Positions 26,501-38,600 of a stretch of 64,000 bases of DNA are shown here, one piece after another. Location of the stretch: assembly GCA_036172245.1 (NCBI GenBank), contig JAYWIR010000030.1, positions 1,984,001-2,048,000 on the forward strand, given 5' to 3'. The DNA comes from Raillietiella orientalis (lineage: Eukaryota). Numbering within the stretch: the stretch's first letter is position 1; each line of letters opens with the position of its first letter. Position numbers and translations under genes: made by a program. Under the pieces are notes generated by a model. It made no database searches. It saw only the letters and a list, made by a program, of their open reading frames with translations, and was not told the origin of the DNA.

Positions 26501-29500
26501 CCTGCAATTCCGACAGATGCAGGGCCGGTGCCGCGGCTCTTGGCTTCCAGCGGCCATCCGACCAACTTGACGTGGTAGGGAGATCTGGAATCGTCATGGA
26601 GATTTATCTTTACAGATGCAAGTGCTGCTTCCCAGGACTTTCCTTAGGAGTTGCTTGAGTTTACGGATGACTCGTCCAGGAAAGTCGGAAGAGGAATTCC
26701 CTGGACGGGGAATGTCAGGAGGCCCTTTGAGAGAAGGCGGGACTCCGACCGCGCTGCCTCTGACCGCCACAGCTTCACCTATCTTTTCCAGGATCATCCG
26801 ATCAACAGGCGGAAAGCTTTCAGAACAAATTCCTCGAGGCCGGAAGAGATCTGTTTCTTTTAAAGGCTGATCAGGGATTGTCCGATGTGTCTCGAGGATT
26901 CAGGATGCTGGAAATCTCCTCCTCTTCGACTCCCTAGGGTCTCCCGGGGAGTCAGCGCTGGGCTGCCAGGAGGCTGGTTCTGTGTCGCCTGCCCTGAGAT
27001 AAGGGATAAGGCTGACCTCATCCATATCTGCCTCGAGAGAGGTTTCAAGAGATCACTGCGATCTGAAGAGAACTTTGGTGACGACGCGGTCGGCCTCAAC
27101 CCATCTTAAGATTCCTGGTCTTTGAAAGAACGCGAGTCAGAAGGGCAGGAAAAGTGGACGGGATCTTATCCATCCTCGTTGGATCCAACGGGAGGAGGAG
27201 ACGTTTGGATGGCTCCATCTCAGTCTCGAGGTGCACAATCTCTCCGATCACGGACTTGGCGCTAGTTCGGATGAGGAGCAAGGTCCAATTCCTTAACATC
27301 GGAGGATGGGGATCAAGATGAGAAGAGGGATGAGAAGTTGCTGCCGGATCGCGGGAAGTCTCTGGCCACGGAGGAGGAGCTTCCTTAGTTTCCGGGGAGC
27401 ATCATCGGCGGAGAGCGCATTGCTGGCATCCTTGAAAGAAGCAAGAAGCGGCATCCATCCATTTGACCAAATTGAAGTCCTAGGAGACGAACTTCCAGGT
27501 TCCTTCCGAACCGGCGATTGTCCTTGAAGTGAACTCCAGTTGTCGGAGACTGTCTGATAAGACTGGGAATGGCTTGCATCCCTGTTGCGTTTCGATTCGG
27601 AGCGTTGATCTACATCCGTGGCGCTTAGCAGCATCACTCAGCCCAGAGATGGCCAAACGATCAGCTGTTTGCAACATCGAAGGAAGAACCGTGCATTCCT
27701 AAGGAACCCCCCCAGAAATTTGTCTTGTAAAAAAAAAAAATTGATACAGTAGGTAGAAGGAACAGCATCGATCCGAATTGTGAGGAAAAAGTCCATGGAA
27801 ATCTCCTGGAGGCTCTGAAATGTGGAAAATTTCAAAAGCAGTTTCTTTCTCAATTGCAATTCTCCATACCTGTTCAGTTTCGCTCAGAAGTTGAGATCTA
27901 CATCCTCTTTCTGGTCCTTCAGAATTCCGTGCCTTCTGCCTTCTCCGAGATGAATTTCCTGGTCTCCCTGGTATACCTCCGTCAGCTGGCGGGTCACAGT
28001 CCTCCCCCTGCTGGACGAATCGTCTCTTTCTCTTGCCAGCCTACCTGCCAGCTACGAGCCCTGGTCAGCCTCTGCTCTGCTGTCTGGAGGGGTGAGGGTG
28101 AGGAATCAACTAAGGGGACTGTTGCGAAGCTTCTGAGCTTCCCTCGACCTGGTGTCCAAAGGGGTCCCTCTCTGCTTCCATACCTAGGTCCCTTCTGCTG
28201 CTGATGGAAGCGGTCCGCAACGTTGAGAAGCGAAACTATCGTAGATTGGGATGTTACTTCGGATCTTCCGAGGTCCCAAGCGCGGAAAGTCCTTCTGCTC
28301 TGGGGAATTTTGGGGTGTTTGCGAACGCCTCTTGGATCAGCCTTCGGGGGACGCAAGGTCTCTCTGACAACTACAGGAGTCAACCCTGCGGATGCAAAGG
28401 ATCAGAGTTGGAACGCAATGGGGATGCAGGCCACTTCCCACTCTTCTTCGACAACCTCCGGGAGGTGGTCGATCTTTGGGAGAGTCTTCGGTGCGGAAAT
28501 CTGAAGTTCCAACAGCAATCGCGATTGCGATCCGTGGCGGGTCGGAAACTCTCTTTCTCCTCCCTGACTTTCTGTTGGCGCGAGGGGGAGCTTGCTCCAG
28601 AGGGACTATCACTTCGTCTTTCTGCCTGGAGCTTCCTCTCACCGGAAGAGCTTGGGAGGATGGGCGGCCAAGCACTCTGTCCTTCCGAGTGGACGAAAGC
28701 TGCTCGGCGCACACATCTGAAAGTCTCGCCCTCATCTCTGTGCTTCCAGGGTCTTCACATTCGCCCTTCCTCAAGCCGACGTCACGAGGCAACGTTGCAA
28801 CGAGCTGGTCTCCCTCCCTCTCTCACTTTTTCCATTTTTTTTTCCCATTTCCTCGTTGGAGCGTCCCACTCAACCTTTCGACCCATCGGCAGCCTCGGTG
28901 GGGTAGGGGGGAGAGAGGTGAATCTCAGTGTCTTTTTCGTCCTCTCCTCCCGTTTATCCTTGAGAGGGGAAGAACGGATTATGGGGTTTCATATCCTCGA
29001 GAATCGCAGACTCCCTCTCTCCTCGTAAGACATCGCGACTTGCTCCTTCCCATCAATACCTTCCTTCGATAACGCGCCCGGACGCCTTTCCTCCTCCTTT
29101 TGCACCTTCCTGTTGCTCGCAATCCGGGGTCTGCCACCTCGGCTGCAGATCCTGTTCTCTCCTCCCATCATGTAGCACTGAGATCCGGCTTTCCTGAGGA
29201 TGGCGTGACTGAGTAGCGGGAAAGAGAGAGCCATCCTTGCACGTATGCTTGCTCCGGTCACGACCAGGAGCAAACACAGGTCGCAGCTTGTGGCGCTCGA
29301 ACGGTAGCGGGGGGTCACGAAGAAGCAGGCTCACGAGAAAGCAGAGTGGGGTGGGGCGACCTACAGCGGTTCTCGGAAGAAGAAATCCCTCGGAGGAACT
29401 CAGGAATGACCAAAGATCCATCCAGACGTAGGTAGAACGCCCCAGCGTGCCAGCGTGCCTCTGTGGTGGTTACGTGGAGCTACGAAGGAAAGAAAACGCT

Positions 29501-29600
29501 GTTCGTGACCTTTTACCGGGTCACGGATCACTTTGCACGCTTTTGCCTCGCATGAGCAAGGGCTTCTCTGACCATTCCGGGTCTGTTGAACCAGACAATC
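23600..29600 (-). mobile_element. Near full-length degenerate LINE (ORF1 end plus ORF2)
   Basis: Knuckle-like ACKV..KGHEQR (~29520); CWNFR (~WNVRG, ~28510); GEDCD (~GGDFN); KDKSP; HLGFASGK (~QxGFxxGR); TLKELGIPKRGVHW; IAGIRR..HPDDT (~YADDT, ~25410); LSMRSRTL (~LSLRGRVL); RAFQ*. Confidence 0.7.
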
Positions 29601-30949
29601 TCGATCCATGCTACGGGGCTGGTCATCCGGGAAGGATTTCATTCCGGAGGGGCGCACGGAACATAAACACCCCGGGGGCAAGGATGTCTAACGATTTCCC
29701 GGTGGCTGCTTAAGGAGACAAGATGTATCCTCAGGCGATGCGAGAAATGGTTCCATCACCGGGATATTCCGATCTTCCGTGGTGCAGCGAGGAAGGTGCA
29801 CTGAATCTTCGGACGTCTCCCTTCCCCCGAAGGGGCTGTGAGGCCCTTAACCTCCCTCAATCGAACGCTTTCCTCGGTGCCGTGCCTACCGGTGGGGGTG
29901 CTTCGGAGATGTGACCACGCGTGTGCGCTAGAGAGCTTCTTTTGTCGACCCACGGTAACGGCATGAGAGCTCATCCACACGGAACTTCCCCAAGGGCGCG
30001 AGCGTTTTGAGGGTGCGCCGTTAGAGGGATGGCGATGACCAGGAAGCCGAAAAACGAAGAGAGTGATGTGGTGGAGGAGAGGGAGGAAAGGAGGAGGAGG
30101 GGGAAGAAAAGAGGAGTAGGAGGAGAAGGACACGCACCCGAGCAGCCGTCCCCGATGAGCGATCCCGCTTCGCATTCGGTGTTGTTGGCCAGAGACTCTG
30201 GAGGGCCACTCGCGGTCGGAAGGTAAACCGCAAGCTATGCACCCTCCACTACCACGCCTTTTTTTCTTGGGAGTACTCCGCACGTCCTTCGAGTCCGAGT
30301 GAGAAGGCACGCCGAGAAGGTAGCAGAGCGCGTCGGTCTTTCCGAGCCTGCGTGGATTCTCGGGGTTGCCTGGCCGCCGCCGGCGCCCGGAATGCAAGGG
30401 GCCTTTTCGGACGAAGAGGGTCGCGCTTGAGTGGCGACGCCCGGGCGAGGAACCCTGGGCTCGGGATGGGAACAGGCGAGGAACGACCTCTTCCATCATC
30501 CTGTCGCCGGTGGTTCGTTCAGGGGCGTTCTCTGAATAAGTGGAACGCGCACACGGGAGGTGACGTCACAGCGCTCTGGGATGACTTCCCGCAGGGTCCA
30601 CTCTTGGTCCTCAGGTGGGTGGCGGACTTTCCGAAGGGAATAGCCGAGGTCGCCGCTTGGGCGACGAGCCCTCAGGAAAGAGGTTGGTTTGCCTTCAGCC
30701 CGTGCCTCATGCAGCTTCCTCGAACACTGTATGGTGAGCGGGAGGAGCAGGATGAAAGGCTGCTGCTGGAGACGAGGGGGAGGAAAGGATCGAAGGACGA
30801 CGATGATGGGAGGAGGGAGATCGGAGAGAATTTCCTTCTCCTCCTCCTCCTCGTGGATCGGATGTTCGTTGAAAACGCTAATGTCGCGTCCACTTTACAA
30901 ACGAGAGATGGCGCCAGGTTTCCGTGTCCATGCTGACCACGCATCCCCT

Positions 30950-33900
30950 GATCATTTCCCGCACCATTAGGTGTCATTAGGATGGAGTGGCCAGCGTTTA
31001 GGGGTGACAGTAGCGTGCACCAAACCTCGACCTCAGGACACGTGCCTCTTTCTTCCGGCCTGGTGGAATCGCAGCTTGCGGCGAACCATTCCGCTGGCTG
31101 AAGTGCCGCTGCCGGCGGGTCAGGAATGCCGATCTCACCACCCTGGGTCAGGAGACATCGGAATACATTGCTCTGGCCTTTTCTTACTTGATATTGGAAA
31201 CTGGGATGCCCCCTCTCGAAGGGGGCCCTGCTAAGCTCTCTGCCGGCACCCAGGATTCGAACTTGAGATCCACCAGGAGCATGGAGCTGGCGGGCTGCAG
31301 GGGCAATCTTGCGCTCCGGCGGAAACCTCGCGAGGTGATGAAAACGCTTTTCCTCTCCCCAGCTTGCCGCCTCCGGCTGCTTGGGAGCCGCTGAGGGGCT
31401 TTGCCGAATCCCAGCGTGCTGCCGACAGCTTGCTGATGTCTCCGTGCTCGCTCGGCGGGAAGTTGTGAAATCGAGGCGGTGATTCAGCAGGGCCGTTGCT
31501 GAGCAACTGATTTCGCGTCTACGTTTCCAGCCCCGTGGGCGCACGCGTCCCTGGAAGACGGTGCTCCCGTAGAGCTACTCTGCTTACCTGCTGCTCTCGA
31601 AGCGCGGCTCGTTTGTTTGTTTTCTCCTTCGGGGGGGAAATTGGTTGCTCCTCCCTCGTCGAGATGGAGACACAGGTCTCCCGCAGGATCGTCCCTGCCG
31701 TAGGAGCTACTCGAAATCAGAGGGAGATGACGGAGGATTCTCGAACGGCAAACACGACAGTGACTTCCAGCTGCTCATCGCACGACCCGCTCACTTCCAG
31801 CAGAGTCTGGACCTTCGTCAGAGTATACTTTGATCTTAGCCAAAAGGTCGAGAATCGATAGTATACCAGAGGCTGGGAAATCTTGTAAAAGCTTCTTCGA
31901 CGGTACGGTAAAAGAGCTGGGCAGACAGCTGCCTGTTTCCCGAAAGCAGCTGGGAGGTTACATTCGAAAATGATTTCTGAGAGGTTGTTCGGTTCCTCTC
32001 CGGACATGGGGAGGAGAGAGAAAGAAATGCCCTCTGAAGATGCTACAGACCTTTGACAGAGAAGGCTGTGATGAAACCACCTCGCGGATCGTGAGATGCA
32101 TCTCTTCCGTGGATGTTTAGCGGGGCAGCACACTAGAAAAGGACTCTTCCAAGGTTCAGAGTGTTCTGTAAGCATCACCGTCATCATCATCTTCAGCTAT
32201 GCATCCCTAGCAACCTTCTCAGAGAAGCGAACAGCTTGAAGACGGTTGATGACGCCCACCAGTTGTGCCCCTTCCCAAAGACCTCTCACTGACCCTGTGC
32301 GATTCCCTCTTTATGCCTTGGCACCAATGCTCGCTCACACCTGTACCACTAGGGGGCGACCTACGGCTCGCAAGTCGCGGAACCGGTACTCATTCGGACC
32401 TCCATCACCGTCGCAGCTCCCTGTCGAGAAAGGAAGCAATGACCCACCTTGCCCATGTTTCGCTCAAGGTTAACTTCGGGGAGAAAGTAGGATGCAGCCA
32501 GCGGTCCTTATCCCGTCCCCAACGCCTGAACCCAAGCTTTGAGGCGTGCCGCCGGCACCGGCACGCCTCCCCGTTCACCTGCTTTGCCTGTGTCCGTCCC
32601 TTCCTTCGGCCTGCTCAAGATAAGGTCACGGGACGATCACGAGACGCTCCAAGAAGGGAGCGTCCGGGGCTCTTTGACCAGAGTCCGGCGCGCCGGAAGG
32701 TCAATCAGACTTTTGCTACGTCGTGGTAATGCAGGTGTGTCTCCAAGTGGGAGAACTGCCTGTAGAGGTTTGGTTCTCGCGGTCACGGCCCACTGCAAAA
32801 GTTCCGTGGCCCACCCATCGCGCTTGGCATGCCAGAGGCAAGAATCCACCCCTTTTGTTTCGGGAAGGGGAGGGTAGGGAGAGGGAGAGAAGATGAAGGC
32901 GCGGAGGAGGTGGGAGGTGTTCTTTCTGGGCTAAGCATCCAAAGTCCTCCCGCATGGTGGAGAAGAACGTCCTCCCGGAGGAAAGTCAAAAGGGAGTAGG
33001 CAGAGATGGGGAGACCTCGGCTGCGGATGCTGCTGGCAGCCATCTATCTGTTCGTCCTGGGGATTCGGGGCAAACCTCGCCTCTGTTCTCGTAGCCTTTC
33101 CTCGGGAAGCGGCCTGCATCCGACGGAGGAAAGGGAAGGCGGGCTAGGCAGTTTGTCCCCGCGGGGGAAAGGGGCGGGCGGAAAGGTCACTCGGATTGAA
33201 GAGCTCCTGCGCGTGAGCGCCACTTCCGGATGGCTCGTCCTCCCGGATGGGTCGAGGGGCTCGAACATCTCGCACGCTCCCGATCCCCAAAAGAGGAGGA
33301 GATTGGTGAAGCCACCTGCGCATCTTGGCGCGGAGCTACCGCGGAGAACGCGCTCGTCCCGGGACGAAAGAGGCGGACGCGCCTCGCGTCTTCGTCTTCC
33401 CCTTTCCATACGTTCTCCCCCATCCCTCCTCCTCCTCCCCCTCCCTCCCATCCGTTCGTTTTGTTTGCAGGGTTCCCCAAAAGATGCCGCCACCTCCGCT
33501 CATCACGTCGGGGCGAGGTGCCCTGGAGGCATGGCTCCCTAGCGGTCTCTCCGCCTCTCGCGTCTCCTTCCACCCCTTTCCTCGAAAGGGAATGCCGTGC
33601 ACGCGTTCCTCTATCGGCGCGGGAGGGTTTCCTGGAACTGCGGGGTCGCGACGCGCTCGCTCGGGCTGCGCAGGCTGGATGCTGTGCCGGTGGCAGTGAG
33701 AAGGGGGGAGGGTTGCTGAGAATTCCCGCCACCCCGGGCATAGAGACGGTCTCGAGGAGGTCAGTGCCTGTCCTCCTCCTCGCCCCGCGGGGGCTTGGAG
33801 GTGGGAAAATCATCCTTTCCGCTGCTGCTGCTGCAGCAAAGCGGTCGCCACGGACGACGGGGGGTCGTTGTCAGAGCGACTGCAGGAGGAGGAGCTAGGG

Positions 33901-34010
33901 AGTCTACAGAATGGCGTGGTGGACGGAGGCACCACGCTCCGGAAAACTGGAACCGATGTGGTCCACCAGCCAAATCTCCTGCCGTCACATTGTGCATCTC
34001 CCAAGCAACT
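30950..34010 (-). mobile_element. Degenerate LINE ORF2 (EN to thumb, with an internal RT deletion)
   Basis: MHNVTAG, PGVAGIL, EMFEPLDP, GSCDGDGGPNEY (~KxPGxDGxPxEF), NW..INRL..EKVA..LK, IIFECNL (~LFADDL), LLTQGGEIGIPD (~GGLGIPD). Confidence 0.65.
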
Positions 34011-34742
34011 TCCGCGGGAGCCCGAAAGGGGCGCATTGTTCCGCGGCAAGAGCCGAAGCACTTCCGAGATAAACGCTTCCTCCTCCCTTTGTGTGGGGCG
34101 CCGAAAAGAGTCGCAGCCGAAGAGGCAGGAGGAGGAAGTCGCCGATTAAAACTCTCTGCCGTCCGGTTAAACTGTTGCACTTCTCGCTGCGGGGGAGGGA
34201 GGGACCAATTAGAAAATTTCTGGAAAGCTCTGTAAGGACAAAAGGGAAAGAAAAGGGAAAGGGGGGAGGGAGCGGAACAGGCGAAGAGCGTCTCTTCCGT
34301 GCGTGTGCGATGGAGAGGGAGGCGCAAAGGGGAACAGGAGCGGCGGCGCGGAGCAGCGCCCATCCTCGCCACCACGGTGGTGGCGCGTCTCGTGTGGAGC
34401 AGCGCGCCATCCGGATTGGACTCGTTCCTGCAACGTGCGCCGTGATAGATGGCGATGACAAGGGAGCAGTAAAAAGAAGAGAATGACGTGGAGGAGAAGG
34501 AAGGGAAGAGGAGAAGGAGAACGATTTCCACCTGTGTACCCGGGACGTTTATTTATAAATTAAATAAGCATACATAATCTCTGTGGTTGCACTGGTGGTC
34601 CAACCACGTCCCTTTCAAAACAAAGCTGCCGCGTCACCGATGCGCAGACCGGTGAGGTTCGCCATGGCAGCAGAGGGAAAGGGGGCAAACAAAAAGGGAA
34701 AAAACAAAACAAAACAAAAAGAAACAAATAAATAAATTTGGA

Positions 34743-35466
34743 AGGGTGCGGGAAGGGATCACGTCCTGCTGTGGGCGGTACTCTTCATCCTTTGGAGGGT
34801 ACCGGCAAGTTCTTGCTGTATGCTGTCCTTCAGGTGAGAGCATCTTGTTGCCATCCTCACGAAGCGGACGGCAAAGTGGATGTGGCAGCCCTGTCGCTCG
34901 GTCTTCCTCTTGCGCCGCTCCAGGAATTAACGATTCCGCGTATACAGCAAAGAGCTGCAAGAGAGGCTGCCGGCCGAAGCACGGCGCGTAGGAATCGGGG
35001 TCGTAAAGCGCCCCTGTAGTTGCCGCCTGGGGCTCCTAGGGTTGCGACAGAGCGTTTCCAGAAGGGCCGGAGGGCAACACAATCCACAAGCAGGTGCGGA
35101 AGGGATCCATGATACTCTCGCCTGCCTCAGTTCGGACTCACTCTTCCCCTTCCCTTCCCTTCCCCTCCCCCCCGGGTCTAGTGATGTCGGCGAGAGTTGC
35201 ATGGGAGATCCCATTACTACCGACTCCAGCCACTTCAAGGGAAGGGTTTGAGTGTCCAAGAGCACTGGGGGCCGCTGCAGGACTTTCTCCAAAATACCCA
35301 GCAGCTCGCTTCAGCGCAAAAGTCCTCGAGGTGGGTCACTCGAGTTCGCGGCCCATCGTCCGCTCACTCAGTGCTTTCCTCCTGCCGGACATTTGCACCG
35401 AGACCTCCCATCTAGCCGGAGGGCTGCTGCCCATGTGTTCCCTCAAAGAGGGCAGAGCTGGGGCAA
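34743..35466 (+). repeat. 724-bp direct repeat, copy 1 (partner 53971-54694)
   Basis: Base-by-base comparison shows identity except one SNP (34983 G vs 54211 A); offset 19228 bp. Confidence 0.95.
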
Positions 35467-35524
35467 TGGAGGTTGTCAATCCTTCCTACGCACTCTTCGT
35501 GAGATTCCCGATGATCTCCCGGTG

Positions 35525-35645
35525 GAGGAGGGGGAGTGGAAGAAGGAGGGAGAGGAGGAAGGGGAGGAGAAGGAGAAAAAAAGGAAGGAGAGGAGGAGGA
35601 AAGGATGTGAAGATGATAAGGAAGAAAAAGAACAACGGAAGGTAG
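35525..35645 (+). repeat. Purine-rich (GGA/GAA) low-complexity tract
   Basis: Almost pure G/A run. Similar tracts lie at about 30070-30130 and 51465-51510. Confidence 0.8.
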
Positions 35646-38600
35646 AAGGGGCCGCTCTCGCCCAAGGGAACGTTGTTGTTTCCGTGCTCCCGCCAGAGTG
35701 TTCCTGGAGCCCATGAAAGGAAGAGCTGGATCAGGCTGTCCGTCGGCACCACCTGTCTATAGGCGGTCGCGTGCTCGAGTGGCTCCCGGAGATAGGGTTT
35801 GCGTCGAGGAGCTTGTTCTCACGTCTCTCCCGGACGCGTCGTCCTCCGCGGACAGGGACCTCCCTGGCATCGTCTTCTCGGGGGAGGGAGGGAGCACTAC
35901 TCTTACGGAGACATCCTTCGGCCAGAGGACTGCTCTAGCAGCGCCTTCCGCAGACCGGGGGCATCGAGGTCGAAGCGCACCGCGGTCGCCCGTGCGGCCG
36001 AGCCGGAAAAAGTTCTCGCCAGGATGTGGGTAACAGTCCACAGAATCCTATTTTGGAGCCGCACGTCAGGGATGCATGTCCTGTGCCCTTCGCTCGTCTC
36101 CAGACTCCATCGCTTCCAGGGAGGCAGGTCAGGGGGCATTCCTGCGACCTGAGTCAGCCCCTTGTCCGCCCCCAATGAGCACACAAAGCAACCGCCGCAG
36201 AGCCTGCTTTATCGCTTCCTCATAGAGGTTTCAAGGATGCTGCCGGCGGGTATCGGAGGAGGGTTGCTTGGAAATGCTGTTCGGCTGGCCGCTTTATCTC
36301 CGCGCGTCGATTTCACTTTCTCTCCTTGCTACCAGCCGCAGACGCCCCCTCGCGTGCGAGTCGCCCGCCAGGCAAATGTCTGCTTCCCTGCAGGATCTTT
36401 CTGCTCCTTCCTCCTGGAGACTCGTCCGGATGAGGAAGCCCCGAGGAACGATGCTTGGAGATTGCCTCCGCGCGCTCCTGCCAAAGGGCTTCTCTACGGG
36501 TGGGCCTGAGCCCACGCCGCCCGCATTCCCAGGCAGAGTGGTGGTCGGCGGCGGTTGGTCACGCCTTTGACGGTGGCTGCAGGAAAACAGCGCCGGAGTG
36601 AGGAGAGGGAAGGAAGCAGCGGGTCCTAACTGGCGGTCCCGACTTCCGAGCCGCGACGGGGAAGGCCTCCCCCCTCCTCACACTCAGTCTCCTCCCCTAC
36701 TGCCGCCTGCCGTGCTCTCGAGAGAAAAAATGGCAACCAGAGACTAGCCGCGGACGTTCGTGACTTTCGCGTGGGGAATCGTCGCGCGGGAGTGGCTTTC
36801 GGGGGTGGATGACGGTTGGCAAAAGGTTCTGTCTGGAAACGTGTGGTAGTGGTGGTGGAGAAGGAAGGAAGGATGGGAGGATGAGGAGGAGAAAGAGGAA
36901 TTCCTCCTCCAGCCGGCCAAGGCTTCGTAGTTCCGAGAGTAGAAGAGTAGAAGAGGGGAGGGGGAATGTCTTGCTGTGCGCGCTCTCCGAGAGGTTGCTC
37001 CCAGCTTCCAGGCGCAGCTTCGGACTGATGGCAGAACGGGAGATGGCAGCGAAGGTGACGGAGAATCTTCTGATCATCGGCAGCACCCTCAGGGCACATC
37101 ACTTGTAAAGCGCAAGCGTGAGTGGATCGTTAAACTGAGAAGGACAATGAAGTCCGCCAAGTCAAAGAACAGGACGGGCTCCCTCCGATGCGTTGGAGGA
37201 AGCTGGGCGGCCCGAACCACTGGTCCGAGATAGCCGGAGGGGGAAATGAAGCAACGATCACGAGCAACAACTTGGTGATGGGAGATTTCGAACCGCGCGG
37301 TCTTCGGCGCTCATTACCTTACCGGAATGTTTCAAAAATAGTCGGTTCTCCGGGCCGCGCGCGTCCATAGCCATCAGGGACGTCCATCACGCCAGGGAGG
37401 ACACATTCCATCCAATAAGAGCTAGCGGAACCTAATGCTCCTGACGTAATTGCCCTTTCCTCTCTCTGCCCCTCCTCCTCTCGCCTCCTGGGCTCAGCAG
37501 CGTTCTGGAAATCTCCGCAAAGACGGGGCAGCATCCTCGGAACTTTCGGCTTCCTACAGAGCCGCCGACTTCAGCGACCAGCAAGCAAGTTCCAGCTGAA
37601 AGCCCTCGCAGGTCTTCGAGCAGTAGCCGAGCTCCGTAGGAACGGCCTCGCCCCTGCTTACCTCGGTCTTGGGTCCCGCTGCTGAAGATATTCGTCCGTC
37701 TAGGGGCCTCGGCATCGCTGCTTGCCGGAGGCAGACAACGCTCTCCATGGAGAGAGCCCCATTCTTGAGTGGATCTTCTCGTGCAGCATTCCTGAAACTA
37801 TCTCGGAATTTACCTGAAAAAGAATGCAAGAACCGTCTATCAGCACCAGACGAAAGGGTTTGAACCTCACCGGGGACACAGATGCAAGGGAAGGACCAAG
37901 AAAAGAAGAAATGAAAGAGAGGGTGGACCGACCTCACGGCGCTGCTGCTGATGCTCGATAGCCAAAGTTGTCCACCGGTGCACGCAAGGGCGTTTTCGTT
38001 CATCGAAAGGAAAGGCATGTGGTGCTACTGGATGCCATCGAACAGGCAGGGAATGGTGGTCGTGCTACTCCCCGAGCACTTGGTCGAGGAGAGAAGTCCC
38101 GTGGGAAGGGTTCGTCGTTTCCCGGAGCTGCAGAGTCGCTCCAAGAATCTCGACGACGTCTCGGGTTGCGCCACCGCTTTTGCCCTGGAGAGGAAGTTCT
38201 CCCAATGGTAAGTGCACTCGAACAGGCGGGACACCACCGAGATGCCCAGGGAGTCTTGTCTTTTGCATCTCGTCTTCGAGATGCTCTCGTAGAGCCGAGT
38301 CCACCTCGGCTCTCGCTCAGAGCGGGAGATGCCCTCCTCTCGCTAACCGGTCCTCGCGAGGCCACCTCGTCTCCCTGCCCCTGGCGCAGGGATGTCCAGG
38401 AAGCGGGGGACTTCTCTTGGCCTCCGGAACAGCTCCGGCGAGCTGCGTCGGCGTCGTGGGTGCCGCGCGGGATGGCGACCGCTGCTGAGAGGACAGATTC
38501 GAGTTCCTCCCGGATGAAGAAGTGAGGCCGTCGCCGCACCAGATCCTCGGAGGCATCGCCAGGGTGGGCACGGTACTCGCCCTCCTGGAGCTCCCTTACC

